Below, one piece after another: positions 29,460-37,399 of a DNA stretch of 64,000 bases; the first letter of the stretch is position 1, and the number at the start of each line of letters is the position of its first letter. The translations under genes and the position numbers were made by a program. The stretch is from Acidobacteriota bacterium. GTDB taxonomy: Bacteria > Acidobacteriota > Thermoanaerobaculia > Multivoradales > JAGPDF01. The stretch is from contig JBDTNL010000005.1 in the NCBI GenBank assembly GCA_039933785.1, forward strand, positions 18,506-82,505, given 5' to 3'. Below the pieces are notes generated by a model, which ran no database searches, had not been told where the DNA came from, and saw nothing but the letters and a program-made list of their open reading frames with translations.

Positions 29460-30032
29460 ATGAGTACCTGGGAAGTCGTCGGCGCGCTCTTCGGCCTCGT
29501 GAGTGTCTGGCTCACGGTACGCGAGAGCATCTGGTGCTGGCCGATCGGTTTGGTTACGGTGGGGGCCTACGTCGTGGTGTTTTGGCACGCCAAGCTCTAC
29601 GCCGATACCGGGCTCCAGGTCGTGTATGTAGTCCTCTCCCTCTACGGCTGGTGGGCGTGGCTGCACGGCGGCGCCGACGCCCGGGCGCTGCGAGTGGAAC
29701 GCACGCCGGGCTGGGCGTGGGGGGTGTCGACTCTCGTCAGCATGGCCTCGACGGCCGCGCTCGGTGCGCTGCTCTACAGCCATACCGATGCTGCGATGCC
29801 CTACTGGGACGCCGGCACGACCTCCGTCAGTCTGGTCGCGCAGTGGCTGCAAACGCGCAAGTGGATCGAGAACTGGTGGTTGTGGATCGCGGTCGACGCG
29901 GTGTACGTCGGGATGTACATCGTGAAGCACCTGTATCTGACGGCCGGTCTCTATGCCGCGTACCTGCTCCTGGCGATCGTCGGCTGGCGCGCGTGGCGAA
30001 AGTCGCTCGAGCGTTCGACGGAGGCGGTTTGA
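29460..30032 (+). CDS. pnuC: PnuC-family transporter (nicotinamide riboside / thiamine PnuT-type)
   Basis: 190 aa with 7 TM. It contains LFGLVSVWLTVRESIWCWPIG and WLQTRKWIENWWLWIAVD, the characteristic W-rich PnuC motif. It starts 1 nt after the receptor stop. Confidence 0.88.
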   Translation: MSTWEVVGALFGLVSVWLTVRESIWCWPIGLVTVGAYVVVFWHAKLYADTGLQVVYVVLSLYGWWAWLHGGADARALRVERTPGWAWGVSTLVSMASTAALGALLYSHTDAAMPYWDAGTTSVSLVAQWLQTRKWIENWWLWIAVDAVYVGMYIVKHLYLTAGLYAAYLLLAIVGWRAWRKSLERSTEAV

Positions 30033-30583
30033 CCCGTTTTGGGCAGGCGCCGTTGCGCGTCGTCGTCACCGGTTCGGAGTGCACCGGCAAGACGACCCTG
30101 GCGCAGGCGATCGCCGAACGCTTCGTGGCGCCTTGGGTGCCCGAGTCGTCGCGCTTGCACGCGGAGGAAGTTGCGCTCCGGGAGCACCGCGAGCTCACCC
30201 TTGCCGACGTTCAGCCCATCGCTCGGCGGCATCTCGCGGCCGAGGACGAAGCGCTCACTCGCGCCGGTCCATTGCTGATACTCGACACCGACTTGCTGAG
30301 CACGGTGGTGTACTCGCGCCACTACTACGGGGAATGCGCCGCGTGGATCGAAGCGGCGGCGCGGGAGCGGCTGGCCGATCTCTATCTCTTCTGCCGGCCC
30401 GATCTACCTTGGATCGCCGACGGCGTGCGCGACCGTCCGATCCAGCGCGAGCAGATCGATGCGCTGTTCCGGTCTCGACTGGACGCGGTGGGAGCGCGCT
30501 GCGTCGAAGTCGTAGGGCAGGGCAGGGAGCGCACCGAAATCGGCGAGCGAGCAGTGGCGCGCCTCCTCGCGGAAGCGCGCTGA
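30029..30583 (+). CDS. Stand-alone P-loop kinase related to the ribosylnicotinamide-kinase domain of NadR (AAA_28-like)
   Basis: Walker A VVVTGSECTGKTTL, Walker B-like LLILDTD, and DLYLFCRPDLPWIADGVRD, which resembles the NadR RNK stretch ...TPWVADGLR. The TTG start forms a TTGA overlap with the pnuC stop. GTG 29993 is an alternative start. Confidence 0.72.
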   Translation: MTRFGQAPLRVVVTGSECTGKTTLAQAIAERFVAPWVPESSRLHAEEVALREHRELTLADVQPIARRHLAAEDEALTRAGPLLILDTDLLSTVVYSRHYYGECAAWIEAAARERLADLYLFCRPDLPWIADGVRDRPIQREQIDALFRSRLDAVGARCVEVVGQGRERTEIGERAVARLLAEAR

Positions 30584-30597
30584 GCGGACGGTAGAGC

Positions 30598-31224
30598 CTA
30601 CTTGTCGGTGGGGTTGAGGGCTTTGAAGGTGAGTGCGGCCACCGCAGCGGCGAGAAACTCCGCCACCAGGTAAATCCACAGGTTGCTCCAGGAGGAGAGC
30701 CCGAGGATCGAGATCCCGACCGCCACGGCGGGGTTGAACGCCCCGCCGGAGATGCTGCCGACGGCGAAAGCGCCGGTCATGACGGTCATGCCGATGGCGA
30801 GGCCGTAGAAGGAGTTACCGGCGGTGCCCTTGGCGGTCGCGACGTTCAGGACTACGTAGACCAGAGCGAAGGTGAAGAGGAATTCAGCGATCAACGCCGG
30901 AGCGGTCGCTGGCGTCATTGCCGAGACCGCTACGCCCGCCTTGAGGAATTTGACCGCCGCCGCCGCCAATGCGGCGCCAATCACCTGGAAGATCCAGTAG
31001 GGCAGCAAGTCCTTGGTCTCAGTGCGCCCGCGGAGCCATACGCCGAGGGTCACCGCGGGGTTGTAGTGGCCGCCCGAGATGTGGCCGCCGGCGAGCACCA
31101 TCACCATGAGAGCGGCCCCGATCGCGAGCGGCGGAATGACCCCGCCGTCGCCAGCGATCACCGTGCAACCGACGGTCAAGACGAGGAAAAACGTGCCGAT
31201 GAGCTCGGTCAGGTACTTGTTCAT
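30598..31224 (-). CDS. MIP-family channel (aquaporin/glyceroporin-like)
   Basis: 208 aa with two NPA boxes (HYNPAVT, AFNPAVA) and 6 TM. Confidence 0.9.
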   Translation of the reverse strand: MNKYLTELIGTFFLVLTVGCTVIAGDGGVIPPLAIGAALMVMVLAGGHISGGHYNPAVTLGVWLRGRTETKDLLPYWIFQVIGAALAAAAVKFLKAGVAVSAMTPATAPALIAEFLFTFALVYVVLNVATAKGTAGNSFYGLAIGMTVMTGAFAVGSISGGAFNPAVAVGISILGLSSWSNLWIYLVAEFLAAAVAALTFKALNPTDK

Positions 31225-31283
31225 GACAGTACTCCTTGGCCGCCGAGGGCCGATGACGGGGAAGAGACGTCGGTTGCCGGCAA

Positions 31284-31312
31284 TTCTTTCACTACTCGGC
31301 TGCCCATAGAAT
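31284..31312 (+). promoter_or_regulatory. Putative ndh promoter (-10 TAGAAT 6 nt before the ATG, so a leaderless candidate)
   Basis: TAGAAT at 31307-31312, then CAACCG, then ATG 31319. The -35 is weak (TTCTTT, 31284-31289) and there is no SD. Confidence 0.3.
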
Positions 31313-31318
31313 CAACCG

Positions 31319-32587
31319 ATGACAAGGCCGCGCGTCGTGATTGTCGGTGGGGGCTTCGGCGGCATCGAAGCCGCGAAGGCTCTGCGTCGCCTCGCAGTGG
31401 ACGTCACGGTCATCGATCGCAACAACCACTACGTCTTTCAGCCGCTGCTCTACCAGGTGGCAACTGCCGACCTGGCGCCGGGGCAGATCGCGGCTCCGAT
31501 CCGACAAATCCTCCGCCGGCAGCGCAACACCGAGGTCCTGATGGCCGAAGTGGTGGGGGTCGACCTCGTGACACGACGAGTGCACTTCGATATCGAGGGC
31601 GCGGGGGCGACGATCGAACACAAGGAGCAGTCGTACGATGTGCTGATCCTGTCGACCGGCGTGCAGCAGAGCTATTTCGGTCACGACGAGTTCGCCCGTT
31701 TCGCGCCGGCGTTGAAGACGCTCGAGGACGCCACCAGCGTCCGCAGCACCATCCTGCGCTCGTTCGAGTTGGCCGAGGTCGAGGACGATCCGGAGCGCCG
31801 CAAAGCGCTGCTCACCTTCGTCCTGGTCGGCGGCGGGCCGACGGGAGTCGAGATGGCGGGGGCGCTGGCGGACCTGGCCCACGTCACCATGGTCAAGGAC
31901 TTCCGCCATATCGATCCGACGACGGCGCGCGTCGTGTTGATCGAGGCCGGGCCGCGCATCCTGCCCACATTCGCCGAATCCCTGGCGGAACGCGCTCACC
32001 AGCAACTGGTCTCGATGGGGGTCGAGATCCGCACCGGCGCGCCGGTGAAGCTGGTGGACGCCGAGGGTGTGGTGATCGGCGACGAGCGCCTGCGCTCGGC
32101 CAGCGTGCTGTGGACCGCGGGGGTGAAGCCGTCGCCGGCCGCGGCGTGGCTCGGCGCTCCGACGGATCGTCCGGGTCGGGTCCTGGTGCAGGGCGACCTC
32201 ACCGTCGCCGGGCATCCGAACGTCTTCGTCATCGGGGACGTCGCCAGTCTCGAGCAAGACGGCAAGGCGCTACCCGGCGTGGCGCAGGTGGCCATGCAGC
32301 AAGGTCGCTACGTCGGCAAGGTGATCGCGCGCCGATTGGCCGGTGCCGCGGCGCCCAAGCCGTTTCGCTATTTCGACAAGGGCAACATGGCCGTCGTGGG
32401 CCGCAACTTCGCACTGCTGGAAGCTCAGAAGCTTCGCCTCAGTGGCTTTCCGGCGTGGTTGGCGTGGGCCTTCATCCACATCAACTATTTGGCGCAGTTC
32501 AACAACAAGCTTCTGGTGATGGCGCAGTGGGCGTGGACTTACGTCACGCGCCAGCGAGGCTCGCGGCTGATACTCGGGCGACACTAG
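31319..32587 (+). CDS. ndh: Type II NADH dehydrogenase (NDH-2)
   Basis: 422 aa with RVVIVGGGFGGIEAAKAL...NHYVFQPLLYQVATA and a second dinucleotide fold FVLVGGGPTGVEMAGAL. Confidence 0.9.
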   Translation: MTRPRVVIVGGGFGGIEAAKALRRLAVDVTVIDRNNHYVFQPLLYQVATADLAPGQIAAPIRQILRRQRNTEVLMAEVVGVDLVTRRVHFDIEGAGATIEHKEQSYDVLILSTGVQQSYFGHDEFARFAPALKTLEDATSVRSTILRSFELAEVEDDPERRKALLTFVLVGGGPTGVEMAGALADLAHVTMVKDFRHIDPTTARVVLIEAGPRILPTFAESLAERAHQQLVSMGVEIRTGAPVKLVDAEGVVIGDERLRSASVLWTAGVKPSPAAAWLGAPTDRPGRVLVQGDLTVAGHPNVFVIGDVASLEQDGKALPGVAQVAMQQGRYVGKVIARRLAGAAAPKPFRYFDKGNMAVVGRNFALLEAQKLRLSGFPAWLAWAFIHINYLAQFNNKLLVMAQWAWTYVTRQRGSRLILGRH

Positions 32588-33309
32588 CCCCGCTGCTTGA
32601 GGATCGGCGCGGTGAGGTCGCTCAAGCGGGAGCGTTGCCGGCCGTCGCCATCGAAGTTGCCCGGAGCGAGCCAGGTCGAGAACGCTTCCTGGAGCGCCGG
32701 CCACTCCCTGTCGATCGCGGCGTACCAGGCGGTATTCCGATTGCGGCCCTTGTACACGGTCGCCTGCCGGAAGATCCCCTCGTAAGAGAAGCCCAGGCGT
32801 TGTGCCGCGTCGCGCGACGGCTGGTTCAGCGCATCGCATTTCCACTCGTAGCGCCGGTAGCCGAGCTCAAAGGCGTACTTCATACACAGATACATCGCCT
32901 CGGTGGCGGCCGGGCTGCGCTGGAGACTCGGCGAGTAGTGGATGTGGCCGACCTCGATCGAGCCCATCGCGGGCACGATGTTGAGATAGCTCGAAACTCC
33001 CACCGGCCGGCCGGTCGAACGATCGACGACGGCGAAGAACAGGGGATCGTCGCCGGCGCAGACTGTGCTCATCCAGTGCTGATACTCGACGAGGTTCGGA
33101 AACGGCCCGTACCCGAGATAGGTCCAGCTCTTGCCACTCTCGTCGGCCGCGTCGGCGGCGAACAAAGCCTCGGAATGCTGCTCGACCGAGAGGGGTTCGA
33201 GACGGCAGGTGCGCCCTTGGATAATTTCGCGCTGGGGGCGGATCGGCGGCTTCCAGTCCGCGACGGGGAAGCCGATAGGTTGGCCAAGCGAGTTGCGCAG
33301 AGAGTCCAT
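32584..33309 (-). CDS. GNAT N-acetyltransferase (RimJ/RimL-like, Acetyltransf_3 type)
   Basis: 241 aa from ATG 33309 with ...GRPVGVSSYLNIVPAMGSIEVGHIHYSPSLQRSPAATEAMYLCMKYAFELGYRRYEWKCDALNQPSRDAAQRLGFSYEGIFRQ. Confidence 0.8.
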   Translation of the reverse strand: MDSLRNSLGQPIGFPVADWKPPIRPQREIIQGRTCRLEPLSVEQHSEALFAADAADESGKSWTYLGYGPFPNLVEYQHWMSTVCAGDDPLFFAVVDRSTGRPVGVSSYLNIVPAMGSIEVGHIHYSPSLQRSPAATEAMYLCMKYAFELGYRRYEWKCDALNQPSRDAAQRLGFSYEGIFRQATVYKGRNRNTAWYAAIDREWPALQEAFSTWLAPGNFDGDGRQRSRLSDLTAPILKQRG

Positions 33310-33319
33310 GCCGTTGAGC

Positions 33320-33967
33320 TTACGGCGAGGAGTGGTCGGCGGGCGAGGGCCGCACTCTGTGCTCGACGGCGCAATCGGCACAGCGAGCCGATTCGCTGCG
33401 GCCGGGGAACGGGTAACCGCACGTGGGACAGGCAGACGAGGTCTGGATGTCCGCGGTGCTCACGTCGTAGCGCGAGCGGAGCAGCCCGGCCAGCCGCAGG
33501 ATGACTGCGGCGCACTCGGCGGCGGTAAGGCGTCGGAGCCCGACCGATGCCTCGAGCCGGGCATCGAACCGCGGAAAGTGTGGCGCCTCGCCCCACTTCC
33601 AGTGGGGATCGGTGGCCGTGCGACTCCGGCCGAGCAGATGCATATGCATCCGACGGTGCGCCCGCACTTCCTTGACGCCGGCGGGTTCGGCGTCGTCGTG
33701 GAGGGACCAATTTGACGCTTCCCAGTAGTTGACGCAGCCGCCCTCGAGCTGCGGCAGGGTCTGGAGCATGGCGGCACCGGATGCGGCGATCAGGAAGGAC
33801 CATTGCGCGAGCTCGTCGGGCGAGAGCTCGCTACGTTCCCACACGGGTCGCGGCGGCTCGACCCGCAGGTGGCCGCCGTCGGCGCGGTCGAGCAGCAGGG
33901 ATCCTTCCCCGGGCAGAACGATCTGCCCGCCGAGGCAAGCGAAGAGAGTGCGATTCCCTAGGGCCAT
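33320..33967 (-). CDS. HIT-superfamily-like protein with a C-terminal CxxC...CxxC zinc ribbon
   Basis: It shows the layout GGHLRVEPPRPVWERSELSPDEL...NYWEASN...HRRMHMHLLGR (a histidine-triad-like xHxHxx) and the C-terminal CPTCGYPF-x-CADC. This assignment is by motif only. Confidence 0.5.
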   Translation of the reverse strand: MALGNRTLFACLGGQIVLPGEGSLLLDRADGGHLRVEPPRPVWERSELSPDELAQWSFLIAASGAAMLQTLPQLEGGCVNYWEASNWSLHDDAEPAGVKEVRAHRRMHMHLLGRSRTATDPHWKWGEAPHFPRFDARLEASVGLRRLTAAECAAVILRLAGLLRSRYDVSTADIQTSSACPTCGYPFPGRSESARCADCAVEHRVRPSPADHSSP

Positions 33968-34644
33968 AACTCCCTCAGTTGCACCACGCCGGCGAGGATC
34001 GCCGTATGGGGCGCCTCGACCAGGCGGTCGCGCGTGTGCGCTCCGGTGAGGACTGCTAGGTTCCAGCGCACACCCGCCGCGTGGCCGGCGCGAAGGTCGA
34101 GGACCGTGTCGCCGACGTTGGCTACGGCGCTCGAGTGCTCGACGCCGGTCTCCCGCATGGCGCGCTGGATGAGATCGGGGCTCGGCCGCCCGCGACTCAC
34201 GTCGTCGCCGCAGACGATTGCGTCGACGGCGCCCGGACCCCAGCGAAGCTCGTGGAGTAGCCGCTCGACGAGCGCACGCTCGAAGCCGGTGTTCAAGGCA
34301 ACGCGAATTCCCGCGGCCCTGAGCCAGGCGATGGTTTCTTGCGCACCGGGCGTCGCCCGCGCGCCGTCGCGTTCGTAGCGTTCCACGAGCCGTCGGTGAA
34401 ATGAGGCGTAGATCCCGCGCACGCGCTCAGCCTTGTCGGGTCCTTCGGGCACGCAGCTTTCGAGGGCGGCTCGTTTCGACCCTCCGCGCAGATCGCTGAG
34501 ACGACTCGGAGAAATCCGCAGGCCGTGCTCCTCGAGGGCGGCGGTGAATGCCTCGGGCACCTCGCCCCGATCCTCGACGGTCGTCCCCGCCATGTCGAGG
34601 ATCACCAACGCTGGACGCGCGACATTCTCAGTCTCGAGGGTCAT
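33958..34644 (-). CDS. HAD-superfamily hydrolase, phosphonatase-like (PhnX-like) subgroup
   Basis: 228 aa from ATG 34644 with motif I VILDMAGTTV, motif II ALNTG, and motif III/IV ...KPSPDLI...VGDTVLDLRAG. Only the C-terminal part of the 521-aa track ORF is used. Confidence 0.8.
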   Translation of the reverse strand: MTLETENVARPALVILDMAGTTVEDRGEVPEAFTAALEEHGLRISPSRLSDLRGGSKRAALESCVPEGPDKAERVRGIYASFHRRLVERYERDGARATPGAQETIAWLRAAGIRVALNTGFERALVERLLHELRWGPGAVDAIVCGDDVSRGRPSPDLIQRAMRETGVEHSSAVANVGDTVLDLRAGHAAGVRWNLAVLTGAHTRDRLVEAPHTAILAGVVQLRELWP

Positions 34645-34773
34645 GGTCGGAATTCCGCGCCCGTGGGGCGCGCCCAGTCTAGCGCTTCGAACGGACCCGC
34701 ACGAGGCGACGCAGGTCGAGAAGCGATCCTCCGGGAGCTTCGAAGGCGCCCGTGCTGGTAGGCTTCGCGGGTC

Positions 34774-36141
34774 ATGCGTACGGTTCGAATCGCCAACGGG
34801 CAGGGATTTTGGGGAGACAACGTCGACGCGCCGCTCGAGCTGCTGCGCGGCGGTCCGATCGACTACCTCGGCATGGACTATCTGGCCGAGGTGACGCTGT
34901 CCATCATGATGCGTCAGAAGCTCAAGAATCCGGCGCTCGGCTATGCCACCGATTTCGTCGACTTCATGCGCCGGGCGCTGCCCGACGTCCATTCGAAGGG
35001 CGTGCGGGTCATCACCAATGCCGGCGGGTTGAATCCGGCGGCGTGCCGCGCCAGGCTTTTCGAGATCGCGCGCGAGCTCGGCATCTCGGGGCTCAGGATC
35101 GGGATCGTCGAAGGCGACGATGTCCTGCCACGGCTCGGCGGGTTGATTGCCGCCGGACACGCGATGAAGAACATGGACAACGGTGAGCCGCTCGCCCCGC
35201 TGGCATCGCAGGTGAGCAGCGCCAACGCCTATCTCGGCGCGCGACCGGTGGTCGCGGCGTTGAAGGAGGGCGCGCAGATCGTGCTCTGCGGCCGCGTCAC
35301 CGACACCGCGCTGGCGCTCGCGCCGCTCATTCATGAGTATGGCTGGGCGGCGGACGACTGGGATCGTCTGGCCGCCGGCACCATCGCGGGCCACATCATC
35401 GAGTGCGGCGCGCAGTGCACGGGCGGCAACTTCAGCCGCTTCTGGGAAGTGCCGGAGCTCTGGAACGTCGGCTACCCGATCGTCGAAGTTCGCGAGGACG
35501 GCACGTTCACGGTGACCAAGCATCCAGGCACCGGCGGCATGGTGACGGTCGATACGGTGGCCGAGCAGCTGGTGTACGAGATGGGCGATCCGCGTGAGTA
35601 CATCACCCCCGACGTGGTCGCGGATTTTTCCTCGGTCCGGTTGACGCAGGAAGGGCCGGATCGAGTTGGGGTTTCAGGGATTCGCGGCAGCGCCAACACG
35701 CCGTTCCTCAAGGTCTCGGCGTCGTATCTCGCGGGCTTCAAGTCTTCGGGACAGCTGACCGTCTGCGGGCCCCGCGCGCTCGAGAAGGCGAAGCTCGCCG
35801 CCGAGATCGTCTGGAAGCGCCTGGAGCGCGCCGGCGTGACCTTCGCGCCGAGTGAGTGCTCGACGGAGCTGGTGGGTGTCAACGCCTGCCTGCCGGGAAT
35901 CCTCACTCCGCCCACCGAACCGTCGGAAGTGATCGTTCGCCTGGGGGCTCGCGACGTCGACAAGGCGAAGCTCGAGCGCTTCGGCAAGGAGATCGCGCCG
36001 CTGGTTACCGCTGGACCCCCCGGAGTCACCGGCTTCGCGGGCGGACGCCCGAAGCCACAAGAGGTCGTGGCGTATTGGCCAGCTTTGCTCGATCGCAGAG
36101 AGGTCGAGGCGCACGTGCGAGTGAGCGTCGAAGAGGTATGA
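34774..36141 (+). CDS. AtuA-family protein (DUF1446, acyclic terpene utilisation-like)
   Basis: 455 aa with VRIANGQGFWGDNVDAPLELLRGGPIDYLGMDYLAEVTLSIM and GHIIECGAQCTGGNF, the family hallmarks. Confidence 0.85.
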   Translation: MRTVRIANGQGFWGDNVDAPLELLRGGPIDYLGMDYLAEVTLSIMMRQKLKNPALGYATDFVDFMRRALPDVHSKGVRVITNAGGLNPAACRARLFEIARELGISGLRIGIVEGDDVLPRLGGLIAAGHAMKNMDNGEPLAPLASQVSSANAYLGARPVVAALKEGAQIVLCGRVTDTALALAPLIHEYGWAADDWDRLAAGTIAGHIIECGAQCTGGNFSRFWEVPELWNVGYPIVEVREDGTFTVTKHPGTGGMVTVDTVAEQLVYEMGDPREYITPDVVADFSSVRLTQEGPDRVGVSGIRGSANTPFLKVSASYLAGFKSSGQLTVCGPRALEKAKLAAEIVWKRLERAGVTFAPSECSTELVGVNACLPGILTPPTEPSEVIVRLGARDVDKAKLERFGKEIAPLVTAGPPGVTGFAGGRPKPQEVVAYWPALLDRREVEAHVRVSVEEV

Positions 36142-36581
36142 GGCGCCGCTTTCTCTGGTACGCCTCCGCACTCGCCGGTGCGCTGCCTGCCCTCTTGATC
36201 GGGTTCGGCGCCAGCGCGCTCGCCAACAAGGTGCTGTTCGCCCTCTGGGGGCTGTTCGCGGCGTCGCTCTACACGTTGTTTCTGCGCTGGGGTGTAGCGG
36301 CGAATTGGAATCCATGGTTCACCGCCGGGCGCGCCCTGCTGGTTCTCGGTTTTTCCTGCACTCTGCTCGGTCGTCTCGTCACCCGGTACGGCGAGGATCT
36401 CGACCTCGGCGCCCGCGCCCTTCTCAAGTCGTGGTACCGACCGGCGCTGACCCAACCGCAATCGGTTTACACCGCGGCGATCGTGATTGCAGTGGCGGGG
36501 ACACTCTGCGTGCTCATTGGGCGCGGTAGCACGAGCGCGTTGCTGCGCCGGCCCACGCCCCCGGGAGGGAGCCCTGGATGA
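36138..36581 (+). CDS. Small 4-TM membrane protein of unknown function
   Basis: 147 aa. It has ATGA overlaps at both ends (36138 and 36578) and four hydrophobic helices. Confidence 0.55.
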   Translation: MRRRFLWYASALAGALPALLIGFGASALANKVLFALWGLFAASLYTLFLRWGVAANWNPWFTAGRALLVLGFSCTLLGRLVTRYGEDLDLGARALLKSWYRPALTQPQSVYTAAIVIAVAGTLCVLIGRGSTSALLRRPTPPGGSPG

Positions 36582-36913
36582 AGATTCGACTGGCAGCGAT
36601 CGCGCACGCTCGTTCGGGCGACAAGGGCGACGGCAGCAACGTCGGCCTGATTGCAGATTCAGCTGCGGCCTACGAGATCATTCGCCGCGAAGTCACCGCC
36701 GCCCGCGTGAAAGCGCACTTTCGAGAGGTTTGCCACGGCGAGGTCGAGCGCTTCGAGGTGCCCAATCTGAACGCGCTCAATTTCCTCCTTCACGACAGCC
36801 TCGGCGGCGGCGGCACCGAGAGCCTGAAGACCGATGCCCAGGGCAAGACGCACGGCCAAGGCATCCTGCAGATGGAAATCGAAGTTCCCGCCGACCTTCC
36901 CATTCGGAGGTAG
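36578..36913 (+). CDS. AtuA-associated small protein (DUF4387-like / AtuA C-terminal-like)
   Basis: 111 aa: MKIRLAAIAHARSGDKGDGSNVGLIA...NFLLHDSLGGGGTESLKTDAQGK. As I recall, this type of small protein normally sits directly after, or is fused to, DUF1446. Confidence 0.65.
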   Translation: MKIRLAAIAHARSGDKGDGSNVGLIADSAAAYEIIRREVTAARVKAHFREVCHGEVERFEVPNLNALNFLLHDSLGGGGTESLKTDAQGKTHGQGILQMEIEVPADLPIRR

Positions 36914-36919
36914 CTCGCC

Positions 36920-37399
36920 ATGCTCAACGTCTCTCGATTGGGTCTCATCCTCGCGGCGCTGCTGTTGCTCCTCGCCGAGGCCCCTGCGAAGGTCTCGCCA
37001 AAGGGTCCGAACGCGGAGTCACTGCGCGCGGCTGAACTGGCCTTCGCGGCCAGTGTGCGCGAGAAGAACCCGGCGCATTTCGCGGCTGCGGTGGCGGATG
37101 ACGCCATCTTCATTTCCGGCAACGACGTGCTGCGCGGCAAGGCGGCGATCGTCAAGGGCTGGGCCTCGCTGTTCACGGCCGACGCTCCGCCCATGGACTG
37201 GCACCCCGAGTTCGCCGAGGTGCAAGACGGCGGTGGGCTGGGCCTGACGCGCGGGCCGTGGAAGATTGACGGCAAGGACAAGGACGGCAAGCCGTCGCCG
37301 CGCTCGGGGGTGTTCAATTCGATCTGGCGGCATGAAACGAACGGCGAGTGGAAGGTGATCTTCGACGCCGGCTGCCCGCCCTGCCCCTGCGCCAAGTGA
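36920..37399 (+). CDS. Secreted NTF2-like protein (SnoaL/DUF4440-like)
   Basis: 159 aa with a signal peptide (LGLILAALLLLLAEAPA) and the pattern AELAFAASVREKNPAHFAAAVADDAIFI...GKAAIVKGW...WRHETNGEWKVIFD. The SD GGAGG lies upstream. Confidence 0.65.
   Translation: MLNVSRLGLILAALLLLLAEAPAKVSPKGPNAESLRAAELAFAASVREKNPAHFAAAVADDAIFISGNDVLRGKAAIVKGWASLFTADAPPMDWHPEFAEVQDGGGLGLTRGPWKIDGKDKDGKPSPRSGVFNSIWRHETNGEWKVIFDAGCPPCPCAK

Noticed and set aside
31066-33504. 812-aa plus-strand ORF crossing the aquaporin, ndh and GNAT loci
   Set aside because: It is out of frame with, or antisense to, three well-supported genes, and the translation is low-complexity.
34684-34744. Two copies of GCTTCGAA spaced 53 nt apart in the HAD/atuA divergent region, considered as paired operators
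   Set aside because: The motif is short (8 nt) and GC-neutral, so it could recur by chance. There is no regulator gene nearby to assign it to.
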